DNA of 63,912 nucleotides, from assembly GCA_012959435.1 (NCBI GenBank), contig DUDF01000145.1, positions 1 through 63,912 of the forward strand, in the 5' to 3' direction. The notes under the pieces were generated by a model. The model saw nothing but the letters and a program-made list of their open reading frames with translations, was not told where the DNA came from and made no database searches. Of this stretch, positions 1 through 8,724 are shown piece after piece (the stretch's first letter is position 1; each line of letters starts with the position of its first letter). The translations under genes were made by a program, and so were the position numbers. The stretch is from Candidatus Poseidoniales archaeon (GTDB taxonomy: Archaea; Thermoplasmatota; Poseidoniia; Poseidoniales; Thalassarchaeaceae).

Positions 1-940
1 GAGGAACTTCAGGCTCGATGAAAATCATTCCATACATGCCTTTGCTAATGTGGGTAGGGATGTCTGGAGTTGCACAATGGTATACAAATAAACCGGAATG
101 CATGGCGAGGAATGAAAATGTTGTTTCTTCACCAGGCGCAGTTTTTGTTGCTTCTGCCCCTCCACCTTGGCCGGTTACTGCGTGGAAGTCCACATTGTGA
201 TGCATCATACTCTCAGCTTGATTGCTGAAGTGAACAACCACTGTATCATTGACTCGTGCTCGGAACATCGGTCCAGGAACGGTAGCATTGTACGTCCAAT
301 ATGTGAAGGTTGTACCAACCTCTAGTTCAGCAGTAACTTCAACCGCTTCGAGGTAAATATGAACTGTTGTTGATGCGTTTCGACCAGTTGGTCCGGGGAT
401 GTCATATGGATCCCGTGCAATGTTTTCAACATCAACATCCTTAGCTGGACCGATGTTTTCAATTATCGTTGTTCCAGATTGGGCTGAACCAACGATGAGG
501 TTTCCAACCATCCCACCTGCACGGTGTCCTGGAATACTACAATAGTAGGCGAATTCACCTTGTGTATCGGCGACAAAGGTAATGGAATCTTCCGAATCAA
601 TGTCAGAGAGTTTTTCGGTAGCAATATCGTAACCTTCAACGGTAATGTCGTGAAGGTTTGTCTCTCCCATCTGTAGGGTGATAGTCACGCGGTCTCCGGA
701 TTGAACAATAAGGTCTGGATTGGTAATACCATCGATTGAGCCGCCAACGCCAATAAAGGACATTTCCTTAGCCTGAAGAGTGAATTCAACATCGTTAAGT
801 TTTGTTATACATGTACCGTCAACCAATTCGGTATCGTCCCCACAGGTCACGGTTACAGGATCATTAGTTCCAAGGCAGCCGGAAAATCCAGTCGCAATCA
901 CCATTACCATCATCATCAATGCAGCATTTTTTCTTCTCAT
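1..940 (-). CDS. nirK: Copper-containing nitrite reductase (NirK) lipoprotein with extra N-terminal cupredoxin domain; 3' end runs off the window
   Basis: Manual translation from ATG at 940: MRRKNAALMMMVMVIATGFSGC (lipobox) ...HDITV...YYCSIPGHRAGGMVG (type-1 Cu cupredoxin) ...YWTYNATVPGPMFR...HHNVDFHAVTGQGGG...GLFVYHCATPDIPTHISKGMYGMIFIEP (NirK domain-1 motifs). Frame is open to the window edge, so it is absent from the ORF track. Confidence 0.88.
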   Translation of the reverse strand, partial: MRRKNAALMMMVMVIATGFSGCLGTNDPVTVTCGDDTELVDGTCITKLNDVEFTLQAKEMSFIGVGGSIDGITNPDLIVQSGDRVTITLQMGETNLHDITVEGYDIATEKLSDIDSEDSITFVADTQGEFAYYCSIPGHRAGGMVGNLIVGSAQSGTTIIENIGPAKDVDVENIARDPYDIPGPTGRNASTTVHIYLEAVEVTAELEVGTTFTYWTYNATVPGPMFRARVNDTVVVHFSNQAESMMHHNVDFHAVTGQGGGAEATKTAPGEETTFSFLAMHSGLFVYHCATPDIPTHISKGMYGMIFIEPEVP

Positions 941-991
941 AATATACATCCCCTTTGGGGTTGGTTCTTCGTAAGCACCTCTCTGATTAGT

Positions 992-1019
992 ATGTCCAGC
1001 GAATATATTCGCCGTACAT
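992..1019. promoter_or_regulatory. Palindromic operator upstream of nirK (core GCGAATATATTCGC, 999-1012)
   Basis: Perfect 14-bp palindrome, extended by ATGT...ACAT arms, about 60 bp upstream of the nirK start. Confidence 0.65.
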
Positions 1020-1107
1020 GTATTCAGGAATAAATTCCCAATGGTTTACAACGTATAAACCGGAATAACTTGAGCACGTTCCAATTGGGACGATACAGGC
1101 ATTTAGA

Positions 1108-1182
1108 TGCTCGCGCCGGGATTTGAACCCGGGTCGACGGATCGAGAACCCGTCATGATGGGCCGAACTACACCACACAAGC
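1108..1182 (-). tRNA. tRNA-Glu(CTC)
   Basis: Reverse complement folds as a cloverleaf: acceptor GCTTGTG/CGCGAGC, anticodon arm ACGGG-TT-CTC-GA-TCCGT, T-arm CCGGG-TTCAAAT-CCCGG. Confidence 0.95.
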
Positions 1183-1246
1183 CAAGTGACCTGCCGACTA
1201 ACCATCGGTATATCAACAAACAGGGTTGTTAGAATAACATAATTAT

Positions 1247-1299
1247 TTTCACTTTCACTTACCGATGGCTTGCATACTAACGTTTCTGTTTCACTTTCA
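1247..1299 (+). promoter_or_regulatory. Paired TTTCACTTTCA boxes (1247-1257, 1289-1299)
   Basis: Two exact copies 42 bp apart; TATA-like TTCATATA at 1321. The same paired motif recurs at 25820-25866 and 30414-30460. Confidence 0.7.
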
Positions 1300-1350
1300 G
1301 CCTACTCTCTCCATCGCTGGTTCATATACCGCCCCTCTCTGGTTCTGGCT

Positions 1351-1611
1351 ATGCAAACAAGCATAACGAACAGAGAAACGATACTGGCAGAGGTAGTTTA
1401 TGAAACACCTTTTAGGAGCCTGAGAATGAGTAGCGGTGCAAACCATACAATCCAAAATGTTAGCCATAAATTAGTACGTCTAGCAACATCAAGTGGAAGA
1501 TTAATTACGCCTAGCAGCGATTCTGATGGATTTGACAAAAATAGCAGACCAGGATGGAGAACCCTTCGCCTCAGGGCGAAGGCGACATCAAACACTGAGG
1601 TGATTGCTTGA
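1351..1611 (+). CDS. Possible leaderless 86-aa hypothetical protein (or long 5' UTR)
   Basis: ATG about 25 nt after the TATA-like box; its stop overlaps the next TTG start (TTGA). No recognisable family. Confidence 0.35.
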   Translation: MQTSITNRETILAEVVYETPFRSLRMSSGANHTIQNVSHKLVRLATSSGRLITPSSDSDGFDKNSRPGWRTLRLRAKATSNTEVIA

Positions 1612-1871
1612 GTAGAACAAAAAGATTGAGGCAAGCCGTAGCAGAATACTTGGCTGAGCATGGCAGTTCCAACACTGTCGACATCTTTGACCACCTAAAT
1701 GATAGATTTTCTTGGGGAGCAACGATGAATCAAGTGGGAAATATTCTTGCTAAAGACCTTAGATTTCAGAAAGTAGGTCATGTGCGAGATTTCTTTCGTG
1801 GTGGACGATATACAGTATGTGTATGGGATCTATCTTCAATTCCTAGCGAGAGATTAACGGCGCAGGCATGA
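1608..1871 (+). CDS. Small winged-helix-like protein, probable DUF3860 family
   Basis: SD GAGGTGA before TTG. The pattern RTKRLR...FSWGATMNQVGNILAKD.RF...YTVCVW resembles DUF3860 proteins of marine Euryarchaeota (from recall). Confidence 0.65.
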   Translation: MSRTKRLRQAVAEYLAEHGSSNTVDIFDHLNDRFSWGATMNQVGNILAKDLRFQKVGHVRDFFRGGRYTVCVWDLSSIPSERLTAQA

Positions 1872-1899
1872 AGTGCCAAGCGCGTCTCCAACTCGTTGA

Positions 1900-2799
1900 A
1901 TGACAGGCCGCGACTGGTGGACCCTCGCAAGAGGGGTCAATGTGATAATGGGTATTCTCACAGTACCATTAGGTGCATTAATTGTTGGTGCTGCAAGCCA
2001 AGATAACATCGCAATTACACTTTTGCTCCATACCTTAAGTGTGGCTTTCTTCATGGCAGGATGGAATGCATTGAATGATTTACAAGACATAAATACTGAT
2101 CGTATTAATCATCCGACAAGACCACTCGCATCTGGTGCAATCACAGAACAAGCAGCCAAGAAATTCTCTTGGATTTGCTTTGCTCTATCAACATTCATGT
2201 TGGGAGGGATTGTATTACATACTGAACAAACAATTGGCCATTTAGAATGGTTAGATTCAGTAGCAATATGGGGAATGGCATTAATCTTAATGTCATCATA
2301 TGAATTTGATGGAATCCCATTCAACCCTTGCTTGAAAAAGAGTGGATTATACGGGAACCTTTCGGTCTCCGGACTCATCGCTGTAGTGATTGTTTTTGGC
2401 GCTGCGGCAGTTGGACATGGGACTGACATCCTACCATGGACAGTAGCAATCTGTGCTATGATGATAGGTACTTCTCGAGAAATTATCAAAGATGTAGAGG
2501 ATATGGAGGGTGACTCGGAGCGCCATACTCTACCAATGAAAATTGGTGCTGAAAAGGCTAGAATGGTCGCCTGGATTTGTGCATTACTAGCATTCATCAG
2601 TATGGGTATGCCTTTTGCATTAGATCTTTTACCACTCGCTTACATTGTATTCTTGACGCCAGCCTTGTTTTTCCTAACTATGGTCAAAGCCCCTATCGTA
2701 AAAGGAGAAGATACCAAAGCTTCCAAATTGCTGAAGCGGGCACTTCTTTTCGGGCTTCTAGGATTCACTGCAACTGGACTTATTCCAATTCTACTTTGA
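1900..2799 (+). CDS. UbiA-family prenyltransferase, probable digeranylgeranylglyceryl phosphate (DGGGP) synthase
   Basis: NALNDLQDINTDRINHPTRPLASG and REIIKDVEDMEGD motifs; multiple TM helices. Confidence 0.88.
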   Translation: MTGRDWWTLARGVNVIMGILTVPLGALIVGAASQDNIAITLLLHTLSVAFFMAGWNALNDLQDINTDRINHPTRPLASGAITEQAAKKFSWICFALSTFMLGGIVLHTEQTIGHLEWLDSVAIWGMALILMSSYEFDGIPFNPCLKKSGLYGNLSVSGLIAVVIVFGAAAVGHGTDILPWTVAICAMMIGTSREIIKDVEDMEGDSERHTLPMKIGAEKARMVAWICALLAFISMGMPFALDLLPLAYIVFLTPALFFLTMVKAPIVKGEDTKASKLLKRALLFGLLGFTATGLIPILL

Positions 2800-2831
2800 A
2801 TACAATACTTGTCCTAACTAGAAAGATGAAG

Positions 2832-3782
2832 TTAATATTCCATCAATTCAGCATAGGTTGACCATGCCTCATTATCGATCAAGTAAGTTAGTAGTGACAT
2901 TTGCGCCCACATGCGATTCTCTGCTTGGTCAAACACCACAGAGTTATCGCTATCAATTACTGAATCAGTTACTTCTTCACCCCGGTGTGCAGGCAAGCAA
3001 TGCATGAAAATATAATCGTCTTTAGCATGACTAACCAATTTATCATTAATTTGAAATCCCTCAAACGCACTTATCTTGTCAACTAAATCTTCTTCACCCA
3101 TTGAGATGAACACATCAGTGTAAATCACATCAGCATCTGTGACGGCTTCAATAGGATCATTAGTTTCAGATAATGTTGCTCCGCTTTCCTCTGCTAATTT
3201 CTGAGCACGCTCAACAATATCTGCATCTGGCTCATACCCTTTTGGGACAGCCCAACACACATCACAACCCATCATAGCACCAGCTAACATTAGGTCGTGT
3301 AATACATTATTACCGTCACCAATCCAAGCAATCTTTACTTTCGACAGGTCATCTTTATGTTCCATTATGGTCATTAAATCAGCCGCCGCTTGGCATGGAT
3401 GATTTTTATATGAAAGTGCATTAATTACTGGGACTGAAGATTTTTCGGCTAATTCAACAACATCAGAGTGGTCATAACAGCGGTAAGTAATGGCACCAAG
3501 ATAACGTGACAGGACCATTGCTGTATCCCCAATACTCTCAGATTTACCAAGTTGAATATCCGCCTTTGATAATGTTAAGGGATAACCTCCCAACTTGTTA
3601 ATTCCAACCTCGAATGAAACTCTAGTCCGGGTACTTGGTTTTTCGTATATGGACCCAATCGCGAGTCCATCTAATGGTGTGAAGGAGGGAGCTACTTCAT
3701 CATCACCTTTGAAAGTGATAGCCCATTCTAAAATTGAGTGAAAATCCTCGGCGACATCATCAATAGCTAGTAAATTAGTCAT
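2832..3782 (-). CDS. argF: Ornithine carbamoyltransferase
   Basis: PSTRTR, HPCQ, GDGNNV, FMHCLPAHRG, DQAENR motifs. Start placed at ATG 3782, overlapping the upstream stop. Confidence 0.95.
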   Translation of the reverse strand: MTNLLAIDDVAEDFHSILEWAITFKGDDEVAPSFTPLDGLAIGSIYEKPSTRTRVSFEVGINKLGGYPLTLSKADIQLGKSESIGDTAMVLSRYLGAITYRCYDHSDVVELAEKSSVPVINALSYKNHPCQAAADLMTIMEHKDDLSKVKIAWIGDGNNVLHDLMLAGAMMGCDVCWAVPKGYEPDADIVERAQKLAEESGATLSETNDPIEAVTDADVIYTDVFISMGEEDLVDKISAFEGFQINDKLVSHAKDDYIFMHCLPAHRGEEVTDSVIDSDNSVVFDQAENRMWAQMSLLTYLIDNEAWSTYAELMEY

Positions 3783-4605
3783 TCCACCCATCTCTTTCAA
3801 ACCCAATGTCCTCTGCAAAACCATCCTTTGTATCCGCCATACCACCGAATAGGTTTTGTGCGAACGAAAGGATGTCGGCTAAACCATCTTCTTCTTCGCT
3901 CGAAAGTGGAATTAAGCCCGGTTGTACCTGACTATGTTGCATCATTCGCAACTGACCAATTGCGAATTCTGTCCGTTGACCTCCGGCTTCTTCATAGAGG
4001 GCTGCTTCAAGTGTATCGAGTCTTTCTCCCCACTCAAGAATTCTCTCTAAATCATCAGGCTCGAGAAGATCTGACTTTGAAAGGAAATTTGCTGTTGGTA
4101 AACCGAGTCTAAAGTGTACAATATTTGAGAGAAGCATCTGTGAAACAAAACCAGATGCAGATTGGGACAGCATTGGGTCAAAAAGGAATATCAAGGCCGC
4201 TCTCCCTTGGCCTAAAACTTCAACGAAATGACTGGATGCTTCGCGGAATGCAAACAATTCAACCTGCCCTGGCGTATCAATGATAATCAAATCCCCAGAT
4301 AATCCATCTAATTCATCCTGGATTTCATATGCTCTAGCGGCCACTAAATCTGCTGCAAGAATTTGTGCACCATTTGGTCCAAGGTCATATTCATCCATAA
4401 CTTCAGACAGAGAAACCATATCACGGACATCAAATTCAGGGTCATAATGAACTCTTTCAGCCCCGGGATCTAGGTTAATTGTTAGAGCATCTACTTCTAA
4501 AAATCGTGCCCATCTCTGGAATGATGTGACTAACGTACTCTTGCCAGCCCCGGCAGTTCCAACAATAAAAAGTACAGGGGGTGCGGTTGTATCTCCCGTT
4601 GACAT
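3775..4605 (-). CDS. GPN-loop GTPase
   Basis: GTAGAGKST, NLDPG, LGPNG and DTPGQVELF motifs. Confidence 0.93.
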   Translation of the reverse strand: MSTGDTTAPPVLFIVGTAGAGKSTLVTSFQRWARFLEVDALTINLDPGAERVHYDPEFDVRDMVSLSEVMDEYDLGPNGAQILAADLVAARAYEIQDELDGLSGDLIIIDTPGQVELFAFREASSHFVEVLGQGRAALIFLFDPMLSQSASGFVSQMLLSNIVHFRLGLPTANFLSKSDLLEPDDLERILEWGERLDTLEAALYEEAGGQRTEFAIGQLRMMQHSQVQPGLIPLSSEEEDGLADILSFAQNLFGGMADTKDGFAEDIGFERDGWND

Positions 4606-4760
4606 AAAGTGAACCCCCACGCCCACAGTTTTTCAAGGATTCGTATTGATAACCAATAATTAGGCAACACGTCCGATGGAATTCACCCAACCATCGCTTG
4701 ACAATGGTTATAGAAGGATACTCGTTGGCAAGGCTTACCCATAATATGGAGATTGTTAAA

Positions 4761-7649
4761 ATGAGTGAAGAAGATAGTAACAACCCACCCCCACCACCAC
4801 CCGGAATGGCACCACCACCTCCACCTGGAATGGATGCACCACCACCTCCACCCGCACCACCTGGAATGGATGCACCACCACCTCCACCTGCACCACCTGG
4901 AATGGATGCGCCACCACCTCCACCTGCACCATCTGGAATGGATGCACCACCACCTCCCGGGCTTGAAATGCCGGAAGAAGACTCTGAGGAAGACTCAGAT
5001 AATCTTTCAAGTGCAACCGATTTACTAGGTGGTTTATCCTTGGAATCAGATGATAGCGGAGATGGAGCAGAAGAAGAAGCAGATGCTCTTCTTGATTCCG
5101 CAGCAGCAAGCCTGAACCTACTAGAAATTTCAGACGAAGGCACAAGTGATGAGGAACCAACTGAAGAAACACCTGCTATTGACCTACTAATGAGCCCAGA
5201 CTCACTAGGTGAAGAAACAGAAGCAAGGGAAGAATCTGAAGAAGAGGGAGATGCAGAAGTACCTGAAACAGAGGAAGAAGTAGAGGAGGAGGCAATCCAT
5301 GCTGGAGCGGAAATCCGCACCCTAGATGTAGTTGACCAAATCCCTGGTGACAAACTAGAAGGCTCACTTCACGAAGTAGAATCTTCTATCCAAACTGTTG
5401 ATGGAGATGTTGTGGACCAAAATGTAAGTGGCTTACTAACAATTAACAATCCAAGTGAGAAAGACCGTCTTTGGGACATTGATATCTTCTTGAATAAATT
5501 AAAGGCAACTGATGTTGATAATGGACATATGCCACTACAAGAATTAGATGCTGGAAATGACCACACGATGGATTACTCCGTGTCTGGACCTGTGATGCTA
5601 AGTGTCCGTGAACGTTTTGACACCAAACCTGACCGTAATCAAGAGATGAGTACATCTGCTGTTTGTACAGATACCGCCCAAGAGATAACTCTCGAACTAG
5701 AAGTGGAAAATGTTGGACCTGTTGACCTTAACGATGTAGTAGTCACTAGAGAAATACCATCCCAGATGACTATCACAAGTGAAGGAGATAACTACTCTGT
5801 ATCAAAGAATAGCCTCACATGGACCGTGACTGAACTATCTCCCGGAGGAAAAAGGACCTTGCCTCTTACGGCAGACTTAGTTACAGATGTAATTGATGAA
5901 GTGTCTGCAGGGAAAACCAGTGCAACTTACACCGCTGATGCAACTCTTTCTGGTATGTCAATCGTTGAATTAGATGCATTCTGCAGAGGATTCAGTTACA
6001 TGGATGTTGATGAAGACGAGCGCCCAGACAACTGGCGTTGTCAAGCGGTTTTCGAGAACCGTTCATCTTTCGCAGTTGATCTTGTTAAATTACAGGTTAA
6101 GCAAGCTGGTTCTGATAACCTGCTGTTTGATATCACTGATGTTGAGAAAGATGTACAACCCGATGGACGCTGGGAAAGTGAAGTGGTGGTTGTTCCGGCA
6201 ACTGAAGAGCCTAACTTCAATCAAGAACTTGGTTTTACTGTAATCCCACGTGTGACCCATTCAACTGAAGGGTCAATTGACTTGGAAGAATACATAATCA
6301 AAGTGCTTGAAGCTGATGTGACCAAGACTTACTCTACTGAAATCCTCAGAACCTTCAGAGAAGCAAATGTTAACGCTGAGATTTCAATCAAGAACACTGG
6401 AACTGCAACTATCAACCTAATGCGCCTAACCGATGATGTACCAGGAATTTTCAACAGCCCTGATACTGAGCAAGTTGCGTGTACTATTGATGGAAACGAA
6501 CTAGTTAGTGATCAATTCCGAATTGAAGTGAGAGAAGGTGTGACTTTGGAGGAAACTGCATTGAGCCCTGATGGATCAGGCCACACAATGCTCCTAACCA
6601 TTGGAACTAAGGGGCCTATTGGTCTAGAGCCAGGGCAAGAAATGACCATTTCTTACCCACTTGTTGCCCCGGACCCAACTCCTGATAATGACATGGTTGC
6701 GGCACCAATGAGGTCAGACTTTAGTGCAGAACGCTACGGACCTGTTGCAACTCGATTGCTTGAAGATGTTCCTTCAATCAGAATCATTCACAAGCGAAGA
6801 AAGTTCAGCATCGGAAAGGAAGTATTCCCTGCTGGAGGGGCCGGAAGATATGAAGTGCTAATTATGTTCCACAACCGATCAGATTCTGCATTACAAGATT
6901 TGATGATTCATGATATCGTCCCGAGTGACTTTGAAATCAAGGGACATAATATCCGTAGTAACACATCTAATGCACGAGAAGCTGAAATAGAAAAAGCTGA
7001 TGATGATAATGGAATCAAAGTTAGTTGGCACATCCCAGTTATTGAAAAGGATGAACGAATTGAAGTAATTTACGAACTTGTAGGTGATGCTGGAGCAGAA
7101 TACAAAGTAAGTGATGCTCAAGAATTCCACGGTGCAACTTTTGGTGATGAATTAGATGTTGACCTACCCCCTTCTGAACCTGAAAAAGAACCTGAAAAAG
7201 AACCTGAAGAAGAGGTTGTGGAAGAGGCTGCTGAAGAAGAGGAATCCGTCGAGGAAGAATCAGGAGAGGCTGAAGATGAGGTTGAATCAGAAGAAGAATC
7301 AGATGATGGTGACGCTGAAGATGAGGCTGAATCAGATGATGGTGACGTTGAAGATGAGGCTGAATCAGATGATGGTGACGCTGAAGATGAGGCTGAATCA
7401 GATGATGGTGATGCTGAAGATGAAACTGAATCTGATGATGATTCAGAAAACGCTGATGATGCAACAATGGATGCTGCTCTTGCCCAAATTACAGGTGGAG
7501 AGTCAGAAGAGGAGGGGGATTCAAAAGAGTCTGAAGAACCTTCAGAAGCTGACGCTGGAGATTCCGAGTCCCAAGTGTGCCCAATCTGTAGTTCTGAAAA
7601 TGCACCAGGGGCAAATGTCTGCTCAACATGTTCATTCGAGTTTGAATAA
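4761..7649 (+). CDS. Large acidic protein: N-terminal polyproline repeats, several DUF11/Ig-like beta domains, acidic repeats, C-terminal zinc ribbon
   Basis: Repeated LEVENVG...VVVTREIP / ISIKNTG...LTDDVP / MFHNRS...IHDIVP segments; CPIC...CSTC at the C-terminus; no signal peptide or TM helix seen. Confidence 0.8.
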   Translation: MSEEDSNNPPPPPPGMAPPPPPGMDAPPPPPAPPGMDAPPPPPAPPGMDAPPPPPAPSGMDAPPPPGLEMPEEDSEEDSDNLSSATDLLGGLSLESDDSGDGAEEEADALLDSAAASLNLLEISDEGTSDEEPTEETPAIDLLMSPDSLGEETEAREESEEEGDAEVPETEEEVEEEAIHAGAEIRTLDVVDQIPGDKLEGSLHEVESSIQTVDGDVVDQNVSGLLTINNPSEKDRLWDIDIFLNKLKATDVDNGHMPLQELDAGNDHTMDYSVSGPVMLSVRERFDTKPDRNQEMSTSAVCTDTAQEITLELEVENVGPVDLNDVVVTREIPSQMTITSEGDNYSVSKNSLTWTVTELSPGGKRTLPLTADLVTDVIDEVSAGKTSATYTADATLSGMSIVELDAFCRGFSYMDVDEDERPDNWRCQAVFENRSSFAVDLVKLQVKQAGSDNLLFDITDVEKDVQPDGRWESEVVVVPATEEPNFNQELGFTVIPRVTHSTEGSIDLEEYIIKVLEADVTKTYSTEILRTFREANVNAEISIKNTGTATINLMRLTDDVPGIFNSPDTEQVACTIDGNELVSDQFRIEVREGVTLEETALSPDGSGHTMLLTIGTKGPIGLEPGQEMTISYPLVAPDPTPDNDMVAAPMRSDFSAERYGPVATRLLEDVPSIRIIHKRRKFSIGKEVFPAGGAGRYEVLIMFHNRSDSALQDLMIHDIVPSDFEIKGHNIRSNTSNAREAEIEKADDDNGIKVSWHIPVIEKDERIEVIYELVGDAGAEYKVSDAQEFHGATFGDELDVDLPPSEPEKEPEKEPEEEVVEEAAEEEESVEEESGEAEDEVESEEESDDGDAEDEAESDDGDVEDEAESDDGDAEDEAESDDGDAEDETESDDDSENADDATMDAALAQITGGESEEEGDSKESEEPSEADAGDSESQVCPICSSENAPGANVCSTCSFEFE
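4824..4958 (+). repeat. 36-bp coding tandem repeat (about 3.7 copies, PGMDAPPPPPAP)
   Basis: Units start at 4824, 4860, 4896 and 4932. Confidence 0.92.
7296..7442 (+). repeat. 33-bp coding tandem repeat (about 4.5 copies, ESDDGD(A/V)EDEA)
   Basis: Units start at 7296, 7329, 7362, 7395 and 7428. Confidence 0.92.
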
Positions 7650-7730
7650 TGCTAGACCAATCTAAGAGAGCCGAACTCTGGATAAACGTTAGGAGGTAGT
7701 ATAGTGGTAACCACATACTATTCTTGCGAA

Positions 7731-8597
7731 TTAAATGTCTGGCCAGTCATCAAACGGGTCTTCAGAATCAACTGTTTCTGAACTCTCACTAATATCAATA
7801 TCAACAATACCTTGGACTTCAACATTTTGAACCTCAGATGGTGTGTCTTCTACATTAGGATTAGAATCATCAGTTGCGTCCTGAAGGGCTGAGAGATCAA
7901 TCCCAAGAGACGTCCCCCCACTAGAAGTTACACTCAATAAATCATCTGAGTGCAAATCGCCACTTTCAACCAAAGTTGCTCGGTCAACCCCTGCCATGGC
8001 CTCAAATGAACCGGCAGTAAATGTGTTTTCAACAAGTCTTGGGTCTGGATTGTCTCTCCGTACACCCTCAATATTGGTATCTATAATTGCAGTATCAAAC
8101 TGATCTAGAGCCGGTACACTGATTCCTGTCTGCGGTGATATTTCTTTGAGCAAATCGTGCAATCCTTTCGATTTATTGCCTGACGATTTGAATTGTAAAA
8201 TCGCCTTTTCCCAAGCAAGATGGTGCTGTGAACGTATTACTAACGAACGAGCAATGCCTAAAGTAGCCTCATCTAGACTTAATCCAAGGCCAATTCCCCT
8301 AGAATACAACTTTTCTGCAAGTCGTCCTTTTCCTGTTTGGATAGCACATTCTGCTGCCCCAATACAAGCGTCTAATCGCTCAGGGGCTTTCTTCATTACT
8401 TTTCTATAGACTTTAAGCGCTTGAGGATGTTTTCCTTGCTTAACCAGTACATTTGCATAACGTACGGCAAACTCTGGCTCATTTTTCCATTTCTTTCTTG
8501 CATCCCTTAATGCAACTTCCGCAGTTTCTAGATCACCTGAAGACATGGCTTGACGCACGGTTGCGAGGACTTCTTCGGGGCTAGTCATGCTATTCAA
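7731..8597 (-). CDS. Tetratricopeptide-repeat protein with acidic C-terminal tail
   Basis: TPR-like helices (YANVLVKQGKHPQALKVYRKV..., AAECAIQTGKGRLAEKLYSRG). Confidence 0.75.
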   Translation of the reverse strand: MNSMTSPEEVLATVRQAMSSGDLETAEVALRDARKKWKNEPEFAVRYANVLVKQGKHPQALKVYRKVMKKAPERLDACIGAAECAIQTGKGRLAEKLYSRGIGLGLSLDEATLGIARSLVIRSQHHLAWEKAILQFKSSGNKSKGLHDLLKEISPQTGISVPALDQFDTAIIDTNIEGVRRDNPDPRLVENTFTAGSFEAMAGVDRATLVESGDLHSDDLLSVTSSGGTSLGIDLSALQDATDDSNPNVEDTPSEVQNVEVQGIVDIDISESSETVDSEDPFDDWPDI

Positions 8598-8724
8598 TCA
8601 GCCAGTAGGGGTACCTCACTCAAAACTACCGCACCGCTGACAGGTTCATTCTGACCTCTATTGTGCTTGAAGTTTGGATAAATCAAACGAAGGGTTCATG
8701 CGATTCGGGCATGGCCGACGGAAC

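Noticed and set aside
987..1205. 72-aa ORF on the minus strand
   Set aside because: It overlaps tRNA-Glu and the nirK promoter.
4475..5353. Long antisense or alternate-frame ORFs (Gly/Ser-rich, His-rich) over the polyproline region, and similarly at 7039-7665
   Set aside because: Shadows of low-complexity coding repeats.
4824..7442. 33- and 36-bp repeats as a possible CRISPR array
   Set aside because: Contiguous in-frame tandem repeats without spacers; no cas genes in the window.
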